NCBI GenBank assembly: GCA_963676395.1
Contig: OY781066.1
Location: 512,001-576,000, forward strand
Reading direction: 5' to 3'
Length of the DNA: 64,000 nucleotides
Source of the DNA: a bacterium
GTDB lineage: Bacteria > Fidelibacterota > Fidelibacteria > Fidelibacterales > Fidelibacteraceae
Of this stretch, positions 58,339 to 64,000 are shown piece after piece (position 1 is the first letter of the stretch; the number at the start of each line of letters is the position of its first letter). A program made the translations under genes and the position numbers. The notes beneath the pieces were generated by a model. That model ran no database searches. It was given only the letters and a program-made list of their open reading frames with translations, and was not told the DNA's origin.

Positions 58339-58341
58339 AGG

Positions 58342-59235
58342 TTATATAGGTTTAACGATCACAGCTTTTTCAAACAATGATCGTAACTTTTCTGCTTCTT
58401 CGCACGATTTGCAAATCCCAAACACAGTCGAGCCGGAACCCGACAAAGCGGCATAGACGGCTCCTGCATTTAGCAGACGCTCTTTAATCTTACCGATTTC
58501 CGGATATGATGGTATGATTGCATCATCAAAATTATTTTCAAAAAACCGCCAATTGATTTCATTTTCCAATAGGCTGGGTATTATAGCTTTTTTTGACTTC
58601 TCAGTCAAGGAAATTTTTAACTCCTTATAAGCCCAAGGTGTAGAAATATGAACATCCGGGAATACCAAAACGGCATACCAGTCTTTTGGTAGAGCAATTT
58701 CACTTAATTCATCACCTATCCCAACAGCATATTGTGTACCTCCTTTTAAGAAAAAAGGCACATCGGCACCCAAACCGGTAGCTATCTTTATAAGTTTATT
58801 CCGGTCGAGTCCTGCTTTTTCATTCAACCAATTTAAAATACATGCCGCGTTGGATGACCCTCCTCCCAGTCCCGCACCACTGGGAATATTTTTTTCAAGG
58901 TAAATATCCGCTCCAAAATCTACAGGCACGTAGGGAGTCATTTCAAGAATTGCTTTCATCACCAAATTATTTTCGTCCGTAGGAATATCTTCTTTATTGC
59001 AAGAAAGCTTAAAGCGCTCGAAAAACATACCTCGACGATTTTTTTCTTCTATCCTAATCTCATCCGCTAGATCTATTTCCTGAAATATTGTTTCCAATAA
59101 ATGATATCCGTCCTCCGACCTGCGGCCGAGAATACGAAGACCGATATTTAATTTGGCATTGGAACGCAAAACCAGACTTCTCGTTGTAGGAGAAGAGGCC
59201 TCAGAATTCATTGTAAAAAAAGTTGAACGGTTCAT
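58342..59235 (-). CDS. ispE: 4-diphosphocytidyl-2-C-methyl-D-erythritol kinase
   Basis: AKLNIGL, KNIPSGAGLGGGSSNAA, GADVPFF and LSGSGST motifs; exact start uncertain. Confidence 0.96.
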   Translation of the reverse strand: MNRSTFFTMNSEASSPTTRSLVLRSNAKLNIGLRILGRRSEDGYHLLETIFQEIDLADEIRIEEKNRRGMFFERFKLSCNKEDIPTDENNLVMKAILEMTPYVPVDFGADIYLEKNIPSGAGLGGGSSNAACILNWLNEKAGLDRNKLIKIATGLGADVPFFLKGGTQYAVGIGDELSEIALPKDWYAVLVFPDVHISTPWAYKELKISLTEKSKKAIIPSLLENEINWRFFENNFDDAIIPSYPEIGKIKERLLNAGAVYAALSGSGSTVFGICKSCEEAEKLRSLFEKAVIVKPI

Positions 59236-59287
59236 TACTTATGGAGACACAATAATGTGGGAGTTTCCCAGCGTTTATGATCATTAT

Positions 59288-60703
59288 TTATATGTATCGT
59301 GAGATTCGTTTAATATTCTCATGTTTACCTAAATACTCGACAATATAACCCAGTTCGGGACCATGCATATCGCCGGTCAAACCGATACGAATAGGCATCC
59401 AGAGATTTTTCCCTTTTACTCCCGTCTCGGTTTGAACTTCTTTCATAACAACTTTAAAATCATTCACTGTCAATTTATCAAGCTTACTTACTTTTTCGAC
59501 ATAGGCTTCAAATACTGCTTTTGTACTATCAAGTTCAAGCATTTCTTTTGCTTCAACAACAGGTTCTACAGCCTCACCGGTAAAAACCGATATTTTTTCA
59601 GGTATTTCTTTGAATGTTGCCAAAGAAGTCTTAACCGCCATCAACGCGGTATTGAGCTTATCCTCTTTAACTTTAACATCGCCCAACCATTTACGAGCTT
59701 CAACTAAGTATTTATCAACATCCATGTTCTTGATATACTGACCATTCATCCAGTCAAGTTTTTTAGTATCAAAAACCGCACCGGCCTTAGATATCTTGTT
59801 AATATCAAAGCTTGCAATCAATTCATCCATGGAATATATCTCATTCTTACCTCCCGGATTCCAACCCAACAAAGCCAGGAAGTTATTCAGGGCTTCGGGC
59901 GTATAACCCTTCTTGAGATAATCCTCAACAGCAACATCGCCTTGACGCTTAGAAAGCTTAGAACGATCGGGATTTAACAATAAAGGTAGATGCGCCATTT
60001 GCGGAGCTTTCCAACCGAAGCAGTCGTAGAGATACAAATGCTTAGGCACCGAAGGCAACCATTCTTCACCCCGGATCACATGGGTCACACCCATATAATG
60101 ATCATCGATCACATTCGCAAGGTGATATGTCGGAAAGCCATCCGATTTAACCAGTACCTGATCGTCAACCTGAGACCAAGCAATTTTTACATCGCGACGA
60201 ACGATATCTCTAAACTCACATAAGCCTTCTGTAGGTGTTTTTAAGCGAATAACAAATTTTTCGGTCTTAGCACGCTCATCGGATTCTTCACGAGAAATAT
60301 TTCGGCATTTACCATCATAACCGGTTGGTAATTTCTTTGCCATTTGTTCATTACGAAGTTCTTCAAGCCTTTCGGAGCTACAAAAACAGCGATAAGCCTT
60401 TCCCTCATCCATGAGTTTTTTCACTTCACGGTTATAAATATCATTACGTTCACTCTGAAAATAGGGAGCTTTGTCATCTTCTTTTCCCGGTCCGGCATCA
60501 AATTCCACACCCAACTGTTCTAAGGATGAAAGCAGATTTTCAACGGCACCTTCCACATAACGATTTTGATCTGTATCTTCGACACGAAGAATAAATTTTC
60601 CACCCTGTTGACGGGCAAATATATAGTTATAGAGAGCCGTTCTCTGGCTTCCAACGTGAACATAACCTGTGGGGCTTGGGGCAAAACGCGTGACAACGCT
60701 CAT
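59288..60703 (-). CDS. gltX: Glutamate--tRNA ligase
   Basis: RFAPSPTGYVHVG, HVIRGEEW and KLSKR motifs. Confidence 0.98.
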   Translation of the reverse strand: MSVVTRFAPSPTGYVHVGSQRTALYNYIFARQQGGKFILRVEDTDQNRYVEGAVENLLSSLEQLGVEFDAGPGKEDDKAPYFQSERNDIYNREVKKLMDEGKAYRCFCSSERLEELRNEQMAKKLPTGYDGKCRNISREESDERAKTEKFVIRLKTPTEGLCEFRDIVRRDVKIAWSQVDDQVLVKSDGFPTYHLANVIDDHYMGVTHVIRGEEWLPSVPKHLYLYDCFGWKAPQMAHLPLLLNPDRSKLSKRQGDVAVEDYLKKGYTPEALNNFLALLGWNPGGKNEIYSMDELIASFDINKISKAGAVFDTKKLDWMNGQYIKNMDVDKYLVEARKWLGDVKVKEDKLNTALMAVKTSLATFKEIPEKISVFTGEAVEPVVEAKEMLELDSTKAVFEAYVEKVSKLDKLTVNDFKVVMKEVQTETGVKGKNLWMPIRIGLTGDMHGPELGYIVEYLGKHENIKRISRYI

Positions 60704-60824
60704 TGATTCTCCTTGTATCTTTTATCGAGCGTAATTTATACATTAATCAATGAAATTCAAATTGAATACGTGGCATTGGTAAATATACATGAAGATTAAA
60801 CATGTTCAGCGTCCACCCAGCTAA

Positions 60825-61442
60825 CTATTTTTTTCTCCGCCTCCAAAAGACGAACACCAACACCAGAACAACTAAACAAACCAGGGTAAACCAAAAGTAT
60901 CGTCCCAATAATTTTTCCACCAATTCCCAATTTTCACCCAAAAAATAACCAAGAGTCAAAAAAGCAGCATTAAACACTAACGAGGAAATACTTACGTAAA
61001 GCAAAGTTAATCCGCTATTCATCCGGGTCATACCCGAAACAAGTGCAATTGCCGGACGCATTCCCAAAAATATGCGATTACCCAAAACGACCAATCCACC
61101 GTAATTCGACATGAGATCCTCGGTTTTAAGCATAAACTCGGAATTCGCGAAACGATAATTTTTTTCAAGAAAGAAATCGCGATCAAATCGACGACCGATC
61201 ACATACATGATCATAAAACCCACAATAGCACCTAGAGCTGAAATAGCATATAGCCAATAGATATCATTGCGTGTAAAGTATAAACCAAACATATAAGCTG
61301 AAAACACCAGCATGGTATCACCGGGCAGGGGTGGAAATATATTTTCGATAAGATACCCGAGGAAAACCAGTAAAATATAGTGGATAGGTTCTAAATGAGA
61401 AAAAATATCAAGTACTTGATTAAAAAGTTCCATATTCATCAC
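60825..61442 (-). CDS. DedA family membrane protein
   Basis: ENIFPPLPGD, G...MYVIGR, RIFLGMR and LGYFLGENW motifs. Confidence 0.9.
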   Translation of the reverse strand: MMNMELFNQVLDIFSHLEPIHYILLVFLGYLIENIFPPLPGDTMLVFSAYMFGLYFTRNDIYWLYAISALGAIVGFMIMYVIGRRFDRDFFLEKNYRFANSEFMLKTEDLMSNYGGLVVLGNRIFLGMRPAIALVSGMTRMNSGLTLLYVSISSLVFNAAFLTLGYFLGENWELVEKLLGRYFWFTLVCLVVLVLVFVFWRRRKK

Positions 61443-61467
61443 TTATATGAGAGTTTGTTAATTCCAC

Positions 61468-61495
61468 ATAGGGGACGGTCGCGATCGTTTCTTAC
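61468..61495. repeat. REP-like palindrome
   Basis: ATAGGGGACGGTC-GC-GATCGTTTCTTAC pairs fully when G:T pairs are allowed. Confidence 0.55.
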
Positions 61496-61516
61496 AAAAA
61501 ATACAATACTTAGGAC

Positions 61517-62692
61517 TTACACATTCAACAGGCAAACAGCCATCGCCGCAATGCCCTCTTCCCTACCGGTAAAACCGAGGCGTTCTTCGGTAGTGGCTTT
61601 AACCGAAACCTGGGCGAGCTCAAGTCCTAGTTTTTCGGCAATATTCTTTCGCATGTCTTCGATATATGGTGCCACTTTAGGTTTTTGTAAAATCAAAGTC
61701 GCATCGATATTGTTAACGGTGTAAGCATTAACTTCCAAAAGCTTTCGCACACCATATAGTAAAAACATTGAATCAACATTTTTATACTGATCATCTGTAT
61801 CCGGGAAATGTTGGCCAATATCACCCAAAGCGGCAGCACCAAGAATAGCATCCATAATGGCATGAACTAAAACATCGGCATCCGAATGACCATCTAGTCC
61901 TAGTTTATGGGGTATATCTACACCACCAAGAATGAGTTTACGGCCTTTTACCAGACGGTGAACATCATAACCTTGTCCAATTTTCTGCATATCTTCTCCT
62001 TTATCTCCTTTGAGAATTTGCTCTGCAAGGATCATATCACCCGGGCGAGTGATCTTTATATTTTCTGGAATATCTTCAATAATTTTAACTATTTCACCAA
62101 GTCGCTCAACCAGCATGGCATCATCGGTACCGTAAAAGCCATCTTCATAAGCTTTATCATACGCTTTTACTAAAATATCTTTCTTAAATATCTGCGGTGT
62201 ATTAATCTGCCAGAGGCTTTTACGTTCGGGAGTACGAACGATAACATTATCTTTGGCTTCTTTCATGGTGTAGGTCGCGGGGACCGCCGCTATCGCGCCG
62301 GCGCAGTCCTGCATTAGCATTTCCGCTTCAGTAAAAATATCTTTCTTAAAAAAAGGTCGTGCCGCATCATGAACTGCCACGACCTCGCAGTCCTGCGAAA
62401 GCACATGCAATGCATTTTTGATAGAATCCTGACGTTCCACACCACCTTCCACCACTTTTATGGGGAAAGGTGCTTTAACATTGTCTAGAATTGTTAAAAC
62501 ATCAGCCCGTATTCCGATAGACACGGGAATGATCATTTCTTTTGCATTTGAATCAAAAAATGCCCGGATCGTGTGTTCTAAAATCGACGTTCCACGCACC
62601 TTAAGCAGAATCTTAGGCACATCACTCTTCATGCGCTTCCCCGCTCCGGCAGCGGGCAAAATAACAGATAATTTAGAATATTTTTTATTCAT
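61517..62692 (-). CDS. ispDF: Bifunctional IspD/IspF
   Basis: IspD motifs [22 protein letters not shown] and KITRPGD fused in frame to IspF motifs [15 protein letters not shown] and [16 protein letters not shown]. Confidence 0.96.
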   Translation of the reverse strand: MNKKYSKLSVILPAAGAGKRMKSDVPKILLKVRGTSILEHTIRAFFDSNAKEMIIPVSIGIRADVLTILDNVKAPFPIKVVEGGVERQDSIKNALHVLSQDCEVVAVHDAARPFFKKDIFTEAEMLMQDCAGAIAAVPATYTMKEAKDNVIVRTPERKSLWQINTPQIFKKDILVKAYDKAYEDGFYGTDDAMLVERLGEIVKIIEDIPENIKITRPGDMILAEQILKGDKGEDMQKIGQGYDVHRLVKGRKLILGGVDIPHKLGLDGHSDADVLVHAIMDAILGAAALGDIGQHFPDTDDQYKNVDSMFLLYGVRKLLEVNAYTVNNIDATLILQKPKVAPYIEDMRKNIAEKLGLELAQVSVKATTEERLGFTGREEGIAAMAVCLLNV

Positions 62693-62697
62693 GCGTA

Positions 62698-62725
62698 ATT
62701 ATATCAATAATTGGTGGCATATCAA
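62698..62725 (-). promoter_or_regulatory. Sigma70-like promoter of ispDF (probably leaderless)
   Basis: TTGATA-N16-TATAAT ending 5 nt before the ATG; no SD. Confidence 0.6.
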
Positions 62726-62758
62726 AGAAAGACAAAATTTATGATGAATTTGGATTAT

Positions 62759-62784
62759 AAAAAAGGGCTGAAATTTTCAGCCCC
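62759..62784 (-). terminator. Intrinsic terminator after queA
   Basis: GGGCTGAAA-tt-TTCAGCCC-type stem with an adjacent A6 (U-tract on the minus strand). Confidence 0.8.
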
Positions 62785-62812
62785 TACTTTTTTCTGTACT
62801 TTTAATCTTTCT

Positions 62813-63883
62813 TTAGATAATCATCATGGCATCACCGTAAGAATAGAAGTTATACTTCTCTTTTACGGCTTCGGCGTAGGCATCCATAATCAGATCGTGC
62901 CCCGCTAATGCAGAAACCATCATGATCAAAGTTGATTTTGGCTGATGGAAGTTTGTTATCAAAGCATCTACTACCTGAAAATCGTAAGGTGGATAGATAA
63001 ATTTATCTGTCCACGTATTTTTAGGATTCACATCCGTACCGGAGATCAAGGATGACTCCAAAGAGCGAACGGTTGATGTACCAACGGCAACAATGCGCCC
63101 ACCGGCCTTTTTGGTTCCATTGATCATATCGGCCGTTTTCTTGGTAATTTTAAAATACTCCGAATCCATTTGATGGCGACGAAGGTCTTCTACCTGTACC
63201 GAACGGAAAGTTCCCAAACCGATATGCAAAGTAACATTGGTTACTTTTGTGCCTTTCTTTTCGATCTGCTCAAGAACCGGTTCGGTAAAATGCAAACCTG
63301 CTGTTGGTGCGGCAACTGCACCCAATTCTTTTGCCATCACTGTTTGATAACGTTCTTTATCCAGATCTTCGCTTTCGCGTTTGATATACGGGGGCAAAGG
63401 TGATTTCCCATTGGCCATAACGTATTTCATAAACGTAGCTTTAGTGCAATTATGACGGATAACGCGACCACCTGAAATTGTATTATCAATTACATCTGCG
63501 TAGATCTTATCGGTAAAACGCAATTTATTACCAATTCGCACCTTGCGTGCAGGTTTAACAAGCACTTCCCAAATCTGATCTTCAAGCGAACGAAGTAAAA
63601 ACACTTCAACTTCTGAATCAGTTTTATCTTTATATGCAAATAAACGCGCAGGGAAAACTTTTGTATTATTGTAAACAAGACAATCACTGGGTTTAAGGAA
63701 TTTTTTCACATCTTTAAACATATGATGAGTAAAAGTTCCCTTATCGCGATCTACGACCATCAAACGGTCTTCACCGCGTTTGTCGCTGGGGTATTGAGCA
63801 ACCAACTCATCCGGCAGATCAAAATCAAAGTCGGAGAGACGGAAAGCTTTTGGCTGAGTGTTAAAAATCTCAAATTTCGTCAT
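62813..63883 (-). CDS. queA: S-adenosylmethionine:tRNA ribosyltransferase-isomerase
   Basis: DFDLPDELVAQYP, PLPPYIKR, AAPTAGLHF, TNFHQPKST and FYSYGDAM motifs. Confidence 0.98.
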   Translation of the reverse strand: MTKFEIFNTQPKAFRLSDFDFDLPDELVAQYPSDKRGEDRLMVVDRDKGTFTHHMFKDVKKFLKPSDCLVYNNTKVFPARLFAYKDKTDSEVEVFLLRSLEDQIWEVLVKPARKVRIGNKLRFTDKIYADVIDNTISGGRVIRHNCTKATFMKYVMANGKSPLPPYIKRESEDLDKERYQTVMAKELGAVAAPTAGLHFTEPVLEQIEKKGTKVTNVTLHIGLGTFRSVQVEDLRRHQMDSEYFKITKKTADMINGTKKAGGRIVAVGTSTVRSLESSLISGTDVNPKNTWTDKFIYPPYDFQVVDALITNFHQPKSTLIMMVSALAGHDLIMDAYAEAVKEKYNFYSYGDAMMII

Positions 63884-64000
63884 TGAACAAACTCCCTTGA
63901 GAATTTGGTTTCTGTTTTTCCATATTCAAATGCGTATAGGTTCTCTCAAGTGCAACACGTCCCCGTGCAGTACGTTGCAAAAACCCCTCTTGTATCAGAA
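63870..64000 (-). CDS. ruvB: 3' end of Holliday junction helicase RuvB; 5' part outside the window; not in the ORF track
   Basis: Manual translation LIQEGFLQRTARGRVALERTYTHL...QGSLFNDEI*, matching the RuvB C-terminal L(I)QxGxxxRTxRGR motif; ruvB-queA order is common. Confidence 0.88.
   Translation of the reverse strand, partial: LIQEGFLQRTARGRVALERTYTHLNMEKQKPNSQGSLFNDEI

Noticed and set aside
63884..64000. Structured leader or preQ1-type riboswitch upstream of queA
   Set aside because: The region translates as the RuvB C-terminus, so the apparent hairpins lie in coding sequence.

Overview
AT-rich (visually about 35-38% GC) bacterial chromosome segment. I infer a diderm of the FCB superphylum outside Bacteroidota proper, such as Marinimicrobia/Fidelibacterota- or Calditrichota-like: it has NYPNPFNP-type T9SS sorting domains and a PorV-family gene, but ordinary sigma70-like promoters and Shine-Dalgarno sites. 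The left part (1-15 kb) encodes a secreted GH13 alpha-glucan hydrolase missing from the ORF track. It also holds a SusD-less cassette of a TonB-dependent receptor, a large acidic protein with a variant sorting domain, a PorV-like barrel and a multi-domain secreted protein. The middle has yhaM with an ECF S-component and a barrel, EamA, an SprE/PorW-like TPR protein, pcm-PAP2-acyl-CoA ligase, a degenerate ABC ATPase and feoAB-fur with a Fur box. It continues with tandem GHL10 hydrolases plus an Na+/solute symporter, a hybrid kinase, malic enzyme, a REC/pseudo-GGDEF-HEAT-GT2-YaiO surface-glycan operon and a fused proline-dehydrogenase-like complex. The right part is housekeeping: purA, rplI, rpsR, rpsF, pth, rplY, prs, tRNA-Gln, ispE, gltX, dedA, ispDF, queA and the 3' end of ruvB. 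Non-coding features are two heptamer tandem arrays, several REP-like palindromes and intrinsic terminators. I saw no CRISPR array, rRNA, transposase or prophage. The best candidates for an under-described system are the SusD-less TBDR/PorV/T9SS-cargo cassette and the pseudo-GGDEF-linked glycan operon. All family assignments come from motif recognition by eye, not from database searches.
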